64,000 nt of DNA from sequence record DRR723986_833; one strand, 5' to 3'. The notes below the pieces were generated by a model, which was not told the DNA's origin, did no database searches, and was given only the letters and a program-made list of their open reading frames with translations. The position numbers were made by a program, and so were the translations under genes. Below are positions 48,295 to 58,018 of this stretch, one piece after another. The stretch's first letter is position 1. Every line of letters starts with the position of its first letter.

Positions 48295-50943
48295 TTATTT
48301 TTGTAGCTGTCTCAAAACGTACTGCAAAATGCCGCCGCAGCGGAAGTATTCGGCCTCTTGCAGGGTGTCGATCCGGCTGTGGGCAAGCACCTCATGACGA
48401 CTGCCGTCGGCCCGCGACAGAATAACTCGCACGGCTTGCTTGGGCGTTAATTCAGCGTCGCAGGGAATCAAATCAACCTCTTCCAAGCCATTGAGATCAA
48501 GCATGGTCAAGGAAACTTCACCGTCCAGTTCAAGTGGTAAAACACCCATACCAATCAGGTTGGAGCGGTGAATGCGCTCAAAGCTCTCTGCAATCACGGC
48601 GCGAACGCCCAGCAGCAATGTGCCTTTGGCAGCCCAGTCACGGCTAGAGCCCGTGCCGTATTGCTTGCCGGCGATAATAACCAATGGCGTGTTGGTCGCG
48701 CGGTACTTTTCTGCCGCTGCGAAAATGGTGGTGACATCCTCACCATTGGGGGCCAGTGTAAAGCCGCCTTCTTTCTCGACCATGCGATTGTTCAGCCGGG
48801 TATTGGCGAAGGTGCCCCGTAGCATCACTTCGTGGTTGCCCCGCCGCGAGCCATAGGAGTTAAAGTCAGCAGGCTCGATACCCAGGCTTTGTAGATAGTG
48901 GCCGGCGGGACTGTCGTCGGCGATTTTACCCGCAGGCGAAATATGGTCGGTGGTGATGCTGTCGCCAAATACGCCAAGTATTCTGCCGTTGCGCAAGGCA
49001 TCGAGCTGTTGCTTGGGGGCGGCGATATCGCTAAAGAAGCCGGGCAGGCGAATATAACTGGAGTCATCTTGCCAGTGGTACGTCTGCCCGGTGGGGGCGT
49101 CGAGCTGGCGCCATTCCTCGGTGCCTTTAAAAACGTCGTCGTAGGCCTCTCGATACATGCCACCGCTGACGATTTTGCGCACCTCATGGATTTCTGCGGT
49201 GGTCGGCCACAGGTCTCGCAGAAACACCGGTTGCTCCTTGCTGTCGTGCGCGATGGGGTCGTTTTGCAGGTCGATCAAACTGGTACCGGCCAGCGCGAAG
49301 GCGACGACCAGCGGCGGTGAAGCCAGCCAGCTCGCTTTAATTTGCGGGTGAATGCGGCCTTCGAAGTTTCGGTTGCCGGAGAGCACCGCCGACACCAGCA
49401 TATCGCCGTCGTCGATGGCTTTGGCAACAGGCTCCGGCAGCGGACCGGAATTGCCGATACAGGTGGTGCAGCCGTAGCCAACGATATCAAAGCCCAGTGA
49501 ATCCAAATCGTCCTGCAGGCCGCTATCGGCCAGATACTGGCTGACAACTTTGGAGCCGGGGGCCAGGGAGGTTTTCACCCAGGGTTTAACACGAAGACCG
49601 CGCTCGCGGGCTTTGCGTGCCAGCAGCCCAGCGGCGATCATCACGTCAGGGTTGGACGTGTTGGTGCAGCTGGTAATCGCCGCCAACACAACATCGCCGT
49701 GCTGCAGGGGTTGGTTCATGTCCGGGATGGGTGTCTGCTGATCGAGGTCGCGCCCCTGCAATTCAATATAGTCGCGCATTGCCTGGCCTAATTGAGGCAG
49801 TGCGACGCGGTCCTGTGGCCGACTGGGGCCAGCCAGGCTGGGTTCAACAGCGCTCAGGTCGAGGCTCAATGTGGTGGTAAATACCGGTTTGTCGCCAGCG
49901 GAGCGCCACAGCCCCTGCGCTTTGCAATAGGCCTCTGTCAGCGCAATAGTGTCGGCGCTGCGGCCGGAGAGCTTCATGTAGGCCAGAGTGGCGTCGTCGA
50001 CGGGAAAGTAACCACAAGTGGCGCCGTACTCGGGTGCCATATTGGCGATGGTCGCCCGGTCGGCAACGCTCAGTTCGCCGAGGCCGTCGCCGAAAAATTC
50101 CACAAACTTGCCAACAACGCCCTGTTTGCGCAGTAGCTCTACCACGGTCAGCACCAGGTCGGTGGCGGTAACTCCCTCGCGAAGGGCGCCGCGCATTTCA
50201 AAACCGACAACATCGGGAACCAGCATGGAATAGGGCTGGCCCAGCAGCGCCGCTTCGGCTTCTATACCGCCCACTCCCCAGCCCAATACTCCCAGGCCAT
50301 TGACCATCGGGGTGTGGCTGTCGGTGCCCAGGACGGTGTCGGGATAGGCGAGAGGGCCGTCGTCATCCTGCCCTTGAAATACCACCTGCGCTAAGTATTC
50401 GAGGTTAACCTGATGGCAAATGCCTGTGCCCGGTGGCACAACATTGAAGTTTTCAAAGGCGGACTGCCCCCACTTTAAAAACCGGTAGCGCTCGACATTG
50501 CGCTGCATTTCCTTGCTAACGTTTTCCTGAAAGGCCTGGGCGGAGCCAAATTGGTCGACGGTCACCGAGTGGTCGATAACCAAGTCCACGGGGATTTGCG
50601 GGTTGATTACTGAGACGTCGCCACCGCGCTGGGCGACAGCATCGCGCATGGCCGCCAGATCGACTATGGCAGGCACCCCAGTGAAGTCCTGCATCAGTAC
50701 ACGTGCCGGCGAGAAGTTGACATCGGCACCGCCGCTGGCCTTATCCGCCCATTGGCACAGGGTGTCGATGATGTGTTCATCGACCTGCGCGCCGTCGAAG
50801 TGACGCAACTGATTTTCCAGCAAAATTTTAAGCGACTTGGGCAATCGCTCAACGCCGGGTGAATCGAGTTTTTTCAGGTCGTAATAGCGGAAGTGTTTTC
50901 CTGAACAAGTCAGCTCAGAGAGCCATGATTCCCTACTTTTCAT
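48295..50943 (-). CDS. acnA: Aconitate hydratase AcnA
   Basis: RVLMQDFTGVP, GTDSHT, AITSCTNTSNP, GYGCTTCIGNSG, GSSRDWAAKG. Confidence 0.96.
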   Translation of the reverse strand: MKSRESWLSELTCSGKHFRYYDLKKLDSPGVERLPKSLKILLENQLRHFDGAQVDEHIIDTLCQWADKASGGADVNFSPARVLMQDFTGVPAIVDLAAMRDAVAQRGGDVSVINPQIPVDLVIDHSVTVDQFGSAQAFQENVSKEMQRNVERYRFLKWGQSAFENFNVVPPGTGICHQVNLEYLAQVVFQGQDDDGPLAYPDTVLGTDSHTPMVNGLGVLGWGVGGIEAEAALLGQPYSMLVPDVVGFEMRGALREGVTATDLVLTVVELLRKQGVVGKFVEFFGDGLGELSVADRATIANMAPEYGATCGYFPVDDATLAYMKLSGRSADTIALTEAYCKAQGLWRSAGDKPVFTTTLSLDLSAVEPSLAGPSRPQDRVALPQLGQAMRDYIELQGRDLDQQTPIPDMNQPLQHGDVVLAAITSCTNTSNPDVMIAAGLLARKARERGLRVKPWVKTSLAPGSKVVSQYLADSGLQDDLDSLGFDIVGYGCTTCIGNSGPLPEPVAKAIDDGDMLVSAVLSGNRNFEGRIHPQIKASWLASPPLVVAFALAGTSLIDLQNDPIAHDSKEQPVFLRDLWPTTAEIHEVRKIVSGGMYREAYDDVFKGTEEWRQLDAPTGQTYHWQDDSSYIRLPGFFSDIAAPKQQLDALRNGRILGVFGDSITTDHISPAGKIADDSPAGHYLQSLGIEPADFNSYGSRRGNHEVMLRGTFANTRLNNRMVEKEGGFTLAPNGEDVTTIFAAAEKYRATNTPLVIIAGKQYGTGSSRDWAAKGTLLLGVRAVIAESFERIHRSNLIGMGVLPLELDGEVSLTMLDLNGLEEVDLIPCDAELTPKQAVRVILSRADGSRHEVLAHSRIDTLQEAEYFRCGGILQYVLRQLQK

Positions 50944-51156
50944 TACCGCCCCCTCAATCGTGTGATAACGCCAGTGCAGGCCTAATGGCTTTGACTACAA
51001 CCCTAGCACAAGGTTGCGTGGATGAAAGCGGCTTACCTTGCCGCGCCGCCGCTAAAGCATCGCGTTTTTCAGGTCGCGACGGCGGGGGCGAAGGTGTAAG
51101 CTTGCAGGCGTTTTGCCCTGTTATGGGGCGTGATAATGGAAAGCGGCGAGGATGCT

Positions 51157-52509
51157 ATGACAGTAATTGAAAACACCATCAACGGACTGATGAGCAGTAG
51201 TCCAGCACAGTCGGAGTTCTACCAGGCCGTCGAGGAGGTGTTGGAGTCGCTGGAGCCGTTGTTGGAGAAGGAGCGCCGCTACACAGAACACAGCATTATC
51301 GAGCGGATGGTCGAGCCAGAAAGACAAATTATGTTCCGGGTGCCCTGGGTCGACGACGCTGGCTGCGTGCAGGTAAACAAGGGGTATCGCATTGAATTCA
51401 ATTCGGCGCTGGGGCCCTACAAAGGCGGCTTGCGCTTTCACCCGTCGGTAAACGCAGGGATTATCAAATTCCTCGGCTTTGAGCAGATATTTAAAAATGC
51501 CCTGACGGGCCTGGAAATTGGCGGGGGCAAAGGGGGCGCGAATTTTAACCCCAAGGGCCGCTCGGATCGCGAGATCATGCGATTTTGCCAATCGTTTATG
51601 ACGGAGTTATACCGCCATATCGGCCCTCACACTGACGTTCCCGCGGGGGATATTGGCGTTGGTGCGCGTGAAATTGGCTATATGTTTGGTCAATACAAGC
51701 GGCTGACAGGTCGCTACGAGGGTGTGCTAACTGGCAAGGGGCCCCTGTGGGGAGGCTCGTTGGGACGGCGCGAGGCCACCGGTTATGGCTGTGTGTATTT
51801 TGCGCAAACGATGATGAAGGCCCACGACGAGAGCCTGGAAGGGAAAACCTGTTTAGTTTCCGGTGCGGGCAACGTGGCGATTCACACCATTGAAAAACTC
51901 CGCCAGATTGGCGCCCGTCCAGTGAGCTGCTCCGATTCCACGGGCACCTTGTACGACGCTCACGGCATCGATGTGGAAATTTTGAAACAGATCAAATTGG
52001 AGCGGCGGGAGTCCCTTGAGGCCTACCTGCACGAGTTTCCCAAAGCCGAATTCACGCCGATTGATGATTACCCCGAAGACGGTCACGCGGTATGGCGAAT
52101 GGAGGGCGAGGTCGCCTTTCCCTGTGCAACGCAGAACGAATTGACGGCGGCCGATGCCCAGGCGCTATTGGCTAACGGTTGCCTGTGCGTCTGCGAGGGG
52201 GCCAATATGCCTTGCGAGCCCGCGGCGGCCGAGTTATTGATGCGTGAGGAAATCCTCTACGGCCCGGGTAAAGCTGCCAATGCTGGTGGCGTGAGCGTCA
52301 GTCAGTTTGAGATGAGCCAGAATGCCAGCATGCGCCGCTGGACTTTTGAACAAGTGGATGAGCGACTGCAGCGAGTGATGGCGGATATTTATGCCCGCTG
52401 TAGTGCGGCAGCGAAGGAATTTGGCGAGCCGGAGAACTTGGTTGTGGGTGCAAATATTGCGGGCTTTCGCCGCGTCGCTGATGCGATGATTGAGCAGGGT
52501 GTGGTGTAA
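51157..52509 (+). CDS. gdhA: Glutamate dehydrogenase (GdhA type)
   Basis: GPYKGGLRFHP, GGGKGG, DVPAGDIGVG, EATGYG, PGKAANAGGV; start 51157 or slightly upstream. Confidence 0.93.
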   Translation: MTVIENTINGLMSSSPAQSEFYQAVEEVLESLEPLLEKERRYTEHSIIERMVEPERQIMFRVPWVDDAGCVQVNKGYRIEFNSALGPYKGGLRFHPSVNAGIIKFLGFEQIFKNALTGLEIGGGKGGANFNPKGRSDREIMRFCQSFMTELYRHIGPHTDVPAGDIGVGAREIGYMFGQYKRLTGRYEGVLTGKGPLWGGSLGRREATGYGCVYFAQTMMKAHDESLEGKTCLVSGAGNVAIHTIEKLRQIGARPVSCSDSTGTLYDAHGIDVEILKQIKLERRESLEAYLHEFPKAEFTPIDDYPEDGHAVWRMEGEVAFPCATQNELTAADAQALLANGCLCVCEGANMPCEPAAAELLMREEILYGPGKAANAGGVSVSQFEMSQNASMRRWTFEQVDERLQRVMADIYARCSAAAKEFGEPENLVVGANIAGFRRVADAMIEQGVV

Positions 52510-52553
52510 GGGCACAGGGTAGCGGTGCAGGGCAATCTTGCCGCGGAGGATAA

Positions 52554-53171
52554 ATGTCTTCAGTAATCGTGTTTCTCGATTTTTTTGGTATCGCGGTGTT
52601 TGCGATGTCGGGTGCGCTGACCGCCGGCCACAAGCAGCTGGATATATTCGGCGTACTGGTTGTGGCCCTGATCGCCTGCCTCGGCGGCGGCACGCTGCGC
52701 GATGTGATCCTCGGCGCGCACCCTGTGATATGGGTGGCTAACCCCGCCTATCTCTATGTGGGCATTAGCGCGGCGATGGTGGTTTTTGTGCTGGCGAGAT
52801 TTGTGAGGCTACCGCTGCGCACGCTGGAGGTGTGCGATGCGATCGGGCTGGCCTTCTTCACCTTGGCAGGCTTGCAAAAAGCGCAGTCGCTGGGTCACAG
52901 CGCTGATATCGCCTTGTTGATGGGCCTGATGACAGGGGTTGCCGGCGGTATTCTTCGCGACGTGTTATGCAATGAAATCCCGCTGATATTTCAGCGGGAA
53001 ATCTACGCAACCGCGGCGATCGCCGGTGGCGCGCTGTTCCTTGTTTTACAGGGGCTAGGCGTTGCGGGCAGCGTTGCGCTGTTTTTGGCCATGGCCACCA
53101 TACTTGTACTGCGCCTAACAGGCGTGTTTTTTGGTCTGTCGCTGCCGCGCTTCCTGCTGAGCAAGCCCTAG
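52554..53171 (+). CDS. Trimeric intracellular cation channel (YadS/UPF0126) family
   Basis: FA.SGAL, GGGTLRD, G..TGV.GG.LRDVL, EIYAT. Confidence 0.88.
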   Translation: MSSVIVFLDFFGIAVFAMSGALTAGHKQLDIFGVLVVALIACLGGGTLRDVILGAHPVIWVANPAYLYVGISAAMVVFVLARFVRLPLRTLEVCDAIGLAFFTLAGLQKAQSLGHSADIALLMGLMTGVAGGILRDVLCNEIPLIFQREIYATAAIAGGALFLVLQGLGVAGSVALFLAMATILVLRLTGVFFGLSLPRFLLSKP

Positions 53172-54181
53172 CGATCACGCTGCTGGTGGCGGTATTGCGC
53201 CGGCGTGAGCTGCGTCCAGTTTTTAAAGGCGCGACTGAAGGCACTCTGCTCTGAAAATCCCAGTAGCGCCGCCACCTCACCGAGCTGCAGCCGTGGGTCG
53301 GCCAGATAATCTTCAGCCAGTTGCTGGCGGGTCTGTTGAAGAAGCTGTCGAAAGTTGCAGCCTTCCGCGGCGAGTTTTCGGTGGAGGTGGCGCACCGAGA
53401 CATGCAGGGTGTCGGCGATGCGTTCGGCGCTGGGTGGCCCCTGGCGCAGTTGGCTAACCAAACGCTGCCTGACGATATTTGCCAGCTCCTGGCCCTGCGG
53501 TGCTTCAAGGCTGTTTAAGAGTTTCCGCGCCTGGCCCTCCAGCACCTCGATGAGAGCAGGGTCGGCGGTGCGCAGCGGAGTACTGAGCAGGTCCAGCGAG
53601 ATACTCACCCGCGTTTGGCTGTGGCCGAAACTCACCGGGCAGGCAAACCATTGCTGGTATGGCTGCACATTTGCGGGAGCGGGGTTAATAAACTCGACCT
53701 TTAGCGGCGCGGCGCCTGGCTGATTGGTGATGTCCCGGCAAAACTGCAGCAGGGCCGCAATGGCAGTCTCGTCGACCAGGGCGCCGGGCCTGCCATTCTC
53801 AGCGCTCCAACACAAGTCAATGTAGTCACCGCAGTCCACGCGCTGCATGGGATTCACGTCGTAGATCAATTGGTGGTAGCGCTCCAGGCGTTGCAGCGCG
53901 CCGGCAACACTGCCACAGGCCAGCAGTACATAGCCGAGAATTCCCAGGTGACGGGGGGTAATGCGTTGTCCCAGGTGCAGGCCTAGCAGCGGGTCATCCA
54001 GAGCAGCTGACGCGCGCTGCAGGTAGTTGCGCCAGCGCAATACCGGAAAGCGGCCCATGCCTTGCGGCGCGGGTTCACCGAGTAGCTGCTGCGCATCAAT
54101 CTGGTGTTCGGCCAAATGCTCGTAGAGCAATTGAACGTAGGTGTGGGGCACCACGGCGTTTTGAAGTCGAGTCTGGGGCAT
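53168..54181 (-). CDS. AraC family regulator (OruR-like)
   Basis: LG.LGY, C-term SVR.L.RKL, LGFSEQSAFSRAFK.W. Confidence 0.92.
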   Translation of the reverse strand: MPQTRLQNAVVPHTYVQLLYEHLAEHQIDAQQLLGEPAPQGMGRFPVLRWRNYLQRASAALDDPLLGLHLGQRITPRHLGILGYVLLACGSVAGALQRLERYHQLIYDVNPMQRVDCGDYIDLCWSAENGRPGALVDETAIAALLQFCRDITNQPGAAPLKVEFINPAPANVQPYQQWFACPVSFGHSQTRVSISLDLLSTPLRTADPALIEVLEGQARKLLNSLEAPQGQELANIVRQRLVSQLRQGPPSAERIADTLHVSVRHLHRKLAAEGCNFRQLLQQTRQQLAEDYLADPRLQLGEVAALLGFSEQSAFSRAFKNWTQLTPAQYRHQQRDR

Positions 54182-54193
54182 TGCGGCACCTTA

Positions 54194-54233
54194 ACATGTC
54201 CGAAATGGTCAAATACATGTCGTGTGGCGTCAA
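54194..54233 (+). promoter_or_regulatory. Tandem direct repeat ACATGTC-N7-GTCAA, 21-bp period (AraC-site candidate)
   Basis: Copies at 54194-54212 and 54215-54233, followed by CATAAT. Confidence 0.6.
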
Positions 54234-54282
54234 TCATAATGCCTCGGCAGCGGGAATAATAGCGACAAAAAACGGAGTCCCT

Positions 54283-55188
54283 ATGTTGAATGATGTGATC
54301 AGCCAGGTTCAGGCAATTTTCGGCGCCCATGTAGATTGGAAGCAAGTCGTGTTGATGGCGGCAACGCCAATCTTTATTGTGGCATTTATCGTCGAGCTCT
54401 ATGTGCGCAAGGCCAAAGGGCCTGGCCACCGAATGTGGTCGCAGTTTGAATGGCGGGAGATTCTCACCAATCTCGGTTTGGGTGGAAGCTACCAGGTTTT
54501 TGAGTTGCTGCTGCACATCGCCATCACCGGGGCGGTGATTAATTGGATCTATCAGTTCCGCGTATTTGATATTCCGGTGAATGCGTGGACGGTTGTGCCC
54601 TTGTTCGTGCTGATGGAGTTTTGTTACTACTGGTTCCACCGCGCCAGCCATCGCATCCGCTGGTTTTGGAGTGCGCATGTTGTTCATCACTCCAGCGAAA
54701 CCATGAATATGACGACCGCAATGCGCCAAAGCCTGCTGTATTCAGTGACTGGCTGGTGGTTGTTCTTCATGCCGATGGTGCTGTTAGGTGTGCACCCTGG
54801 CGTTGTGTTTACCCTGTACGCGGTGAACCTGTTTTACCAGTATTTCATTCACACTGAGGCGATTGGCAAACTGCACCCCTGGCTGGAGTTTTGGTTTAAC
54901 ACGCCCAGCGCCCACCGCGTTCACCACGGCCGCAACCCCGAATATATCGATCGCAACTACGGCGGTGTGCTGATTATTTTTGACCGTATGTTCGGTACCT
55001 ACACCGAAGAGCAGGACGATAACCCGGTTGAATATGGCATTGTCGACCAGATCCACTCTCACAATATCATCACGCTCAACTTCCACGAGTTTAACGATAT
55101 GTGGCGGGATGTATTCGCTGCCGATACGGTAAAAGACGGGATCAAACAGTTGGTGCTGCCGCCCAAGTGGGATCGCCCCCAGTCGTAA
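54283..55188 (+). CDS. Sterol desaturase/fatty acid hydroxylase family (alkylglycerol monooxygenase-like)
   Basis: His boxes YWFHRASH, AHVVHHSS, FIHTE, TPSAHRVHHG; NYGG.LIIFDR.FGT. Confidence 0.88.
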   Translation: MLNDVISQVQAIFGAHVDWKQVVLMAATPIFIVAFIVELYVRKAKGPGHRMWSQFEWREILTNLGLGGSYQVFELLLHIAITGAVINWIYQFRVFDIPVNAWTVVPLFVLMEFCYYWFHRASHRIRWFWSAHVVHHSSETMNMTTAMRQSLLYSVTGWWLFFMPMVLLGVHPGVVFTLYAVNLFYQYFIHTEAIGKLHPWLEFWFNTPSAHRVHHGRNPEYIDRNYGGVLIIFDRMFGTYTEEQDDNPVEYGIVDQIHSHNIITLNFHEFNDMWRDVFAADTVKDGIKQLVLPPKWDRPQS

Positions 55189-55206
55189 CGCCTATATTGG
55201 CCACCG

Positions 55207-55238
55207 GCGCCGCGTGCTGAAAAGCCCGCGGCGTTTTT
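55207..55238 (+). terminator. Probable intrinsic terminator
   Basis: CGCCGCG...CGCGGCG stem followed by TTTTT. Confidence 0.6.
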
Positions 55239-55365
55239 GTATCGCGTGGCCGCAAATGCCTACTAATCTTATTCGTTATAATGTGTCTTAGTGCGAGGGT
55301 CTGCGCTATGATTAAGACACTTGCCTTAACGGCATAACAATAATGAAAACGTAGGAAGTGATGCG

Positions 55366-57831
55366 ATGATGAAGTGCAGTTGTCGGCGGTGGGCCAGTGG
55401 CCTGCTTATTGCCTCGCTCGGGGTGGCAGGTTCAGCGGGCGCGCAGCCAGCTTTGGAAGAAGTGGTGGTGACCGCGCAGAAAAAAGCAGAGAGTTTGCAG
55501 GACACGCCAATCGCGCTGGATGCCTTTGGTGAAGAGGCACTGGAGCGCGAAGGCATTGGCGGCGTGGGCGATCTTGCCAACAACGTGCCGGCAATGACCA
55601 TCCAGCCGTTTCCGATCAATACCACCACTCTGCGTATCTATATTCGCGGTATTGGCCTGATCGATGCCCAGATCACCCAGGATCCGCCAGTGGGCGTGTA
55701 TGTCGACGGCGCTTATATCGCCCGTTCTGCGGCTTTAGCTACTGACCTTGCAGATCTAACGCGAATTGAGGTTTTGCGCGGGCCGCAGGGCACGCTATAT
55801 GGCCGCAATTCCACCGGCGGCGCCGTTAATCTGATTACTCGCCGCCCCAATGTCGATGCGGCGCAGTTCAAGCAGGCATTTACCCTTGGCGACCGCAATC
55901 TCTTCAGTAGTAAAACCATGCTGAATACGCCGCTCTGGCAGGGCGCTGCGGCCAAGTTTGCCTACTTCACCAAGCAGGTAGACGGTTATATTGAAAACAC
56001 CGGCGCCGGTGGTGACTTTGGCGATTCCGATACGATGGGTTACCGCATTGATTTCGCCTGGGATGTTTCAGATAGCGTCCATATCGATTACGCCTATGAC
56101 CTGGCTGAGGTGACGAACACCAATATGGCGTATTCCCATATCCGGCCTTCCGATCCCATTCCCAATCCAGAGGTCAATCAGGGCATCGCCTTCACCAATT
56201 TAATTAACTCGGGGGCGCGGCAGTTTTACAACTTTAATACCTCGGGCAACCGCCCCGACCGAATACACTCGGCTATCCCTATGGAAGAGGCCGACAGCGA
56301 AATTTCCGGCCATCAACTGTCGGTCGACTGGCAGATTAGCGAAACACTGGCGGCGAAATACATCTATGCCCAGCGCGAGCTCTACGACAACACGCCAACC
56401 ATTTTGGCAACTGGCGCACGCAGCGATGGCTACCGTCTAGATAATAGCCCGGTGTTCAGTTTTCCCGTGGCGGCAATACCCGGTGATTCGGCAGTGTGTA
56501 GTCCCTGTGTTGGTCGCAGTGAGCAGTACGGAGCGGTTCATCCATTGATCGATCAGGATCAGTTCTCTCACGAATTGCAGTTATCCGGCAGTGCGTTTGC
56601 GGGGCGTTTGTCTTACATCACCGGGCTCTATTACTTTGAAGAAACGGCTACCCAGGGCGCGGGCAAGATAGGGCACCTGCTGTCTGCCCCGTTGGGCAGC
56701 ACTGCCGATGGCAACAACACCGGCAACCGTATTGAGGTGCTCACCGAGGCGCGTTTTGATATTGAAAACACCGCAATGGCAATGTTTGCGCAGTTTACCT
56801 GGCAGCCACCGGTGCTGGACGACCGCCTCAGCCTGACCTTTGGCGCGCGCCATTCCGAAGACAACCGAAAGTCCGCCGCGCTGCGCCGCCAGATCAGTTT
56901 TGTGGTGGTGCCGGGCGATTTGGATAACACCGACCGCGACGACAACGACATTGCCACCCAGTTGTCTGATGTCTTTTATGATGTGCGCGGCGATAAAGAC
57001 TTTAAAGACGACTCCTTTAGCTTCATTGCCGAGTATGAGCTGAGCGACGATATCAACCTCTACTTCAAGGTCAATGAAGCCTACAAAAGCGGTGGCTTCA
57101 ATACCCGCGAGCAGGTTACCGAAGAGGGCGCTCAGCGTTATATCGACGGCTTTGATGAAGAGAAGGTGACTGCCTATGAGCTGGGGCTGAAGTCACGTTT
57201 ATTTAGCAATCGCTTACAGGTGAACGCCGATATTTTTCAGCAGGACTTTGTCGATCAGCAGTTGAACTTCAGTGTGCCCAATACCACCAGCGACACCACC
57301 GTAGCCAATGCCGGCGAGTCCACACTCAAAGGTTTTGAGATGGATACCACTTGGCTGGCGACAGAACACCTTATGCTCGTGCTCAACTATGCCTACCTCG
57401 ATGCGGAAATTGCGCCCAGCCGCAATCCGCTATCTGGCGATGTCGACGATGGCTTCGTGTTTGATTCGGCGCCGCGATACGCATACACGGCGATGCTTGA
57501 TTGGACGCTGTGGAGCAGTTTGGACAAGGGTAATATTGCCTTCAATGCCACCTACTCATTTACTGATGAACGCAATGGCGGCGGGCGCAAGGAATTTGCG
57601 ACCTTCCAGGCGGACCGTCAGGACGACTTTGCCGTGTTGAATGCGCGCTTGGGTTGGTATCAGTTGCCGGTATTTGACGGAGTGTTGGATGTGGCGGTGT
57701 GGAGCAAAAATGTGCTCGACGAGGAATACAGTGTTAACAACGTTCACAATTTACCGCAGGCGGGGCGCTCAGTAATGTTTGGTGAGCCGCGCAGCTACGG
57801 TCTGGATTTGATCTACAACTGGGGAGGCTAA
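55366..57831 (+). CDS. TonB-dependent receptor
   Basis: Signal peptide, LEEVVVTAQK TonB box, RIEVLRGPQGTLYGRN.TGG plug, C-term GEPRSYGLDLIYNW. Confidence 0.95.
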   Translation: MMKCSCRRWASGLLIASLGVAGSAGAQPALEEVVVTAQKKAESLQDTPIALDAFGEEALEREGIGGVGDLANNVPAMTIQPFPINTTTLRIYIRGIGLIDAQITQDPPVGVYVDGAYIARSAALATDLADLTRIEVLRGPQGTLYGRNSTGGAVNLITRRPNVDAAQFKQAFTLGDRNLFSSKTMLNTPLWQGAAAKFAYFTKQVDGYIENTGAGGDFGDSDTMGYRIDFAWDVSDSVHIDYAYDLAEVTNTNMAYSHIRPSDPIPNPEVNQGIAFTNLINSGARQFYNFNTSGNRPDRIHSAIPMEEADSEISGHQLSVDWQISETLAAKYIYAQRELYDNTPTILATGARSDGYRLDNSPVFSFPVAAIPGDSAVCSPCVGRSEQYGAVHPLIDQDQFSHELQLSGSAFAGRLSYITGLYYFEETATQGAGKIGHLLSAPLGSTADGNNTGNRIEVLTEARFDIENTAMAMFAQFTWQPPVLDDRLSLTFGARHSEDNRKSAALRRQISFVVVPGDLDNTDRDDNDIATQLSDVFYDVRGDKDFKDDSFSFIAEYELSDDINLYFKVNEAYKSGGFNTREQVTEEGAQRYIDGFDEEKVTAYELGLKSRLFSNRLQVNADIFQQDFVDQQLNFSVPNTTSDTTVANAGESTLKGFEMDTTWLATEHLMLVLNYAYLDAEIAPSRNPLSGDVDDGFVFDSAPRYAYTAMLDWTLWSSLDKGNIAFNATYSFTDERNGGGRKEFATFQADRQDDFAVLNARLGWYQLPVFDGVLDVAVWSKNVLDEEYSVNNVHNLPQAGRSVMFGEPRSYGLDLIYNWGG

Positions 57832-57873
57832 TCGCCTTCGGTTAGGTGAACACCATCTTGTTTTTCCCGTATG

Positions 57874-57899
57874 AAGGTCGGCTCTGCCGGCCTTTTTTA
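57874..57899 (+). terminator. Intrinsic terminator after TonB receptor
   Basis: AAGGTCGGC-tct-GCCGGCCTT followed by T-tract. Confidence 0.8.
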
Positions 57900-57988
57900 T
57901 TAGCTGATGCCGCTCGTTAGTGGCATCAAGCTAGGCGGCTTAACATGGTCTTGAGAGGCGGGTAACAACAGTTGATATGGAAGAAAGC

Positions 57989-58011
57989 GCCCACCAGTCG
58001 TGCTGGTGGGC
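57989..58011 (-). terminator. Hairpin downstream of minus-strand hydrolase gene
   Basis: GCCCACCAG-N5-CTGGTGGGC; followed by GCTTTCTT on the minus strand. Confidence 0.5.
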
Positions 58012-58018
58012 AAGCGGC

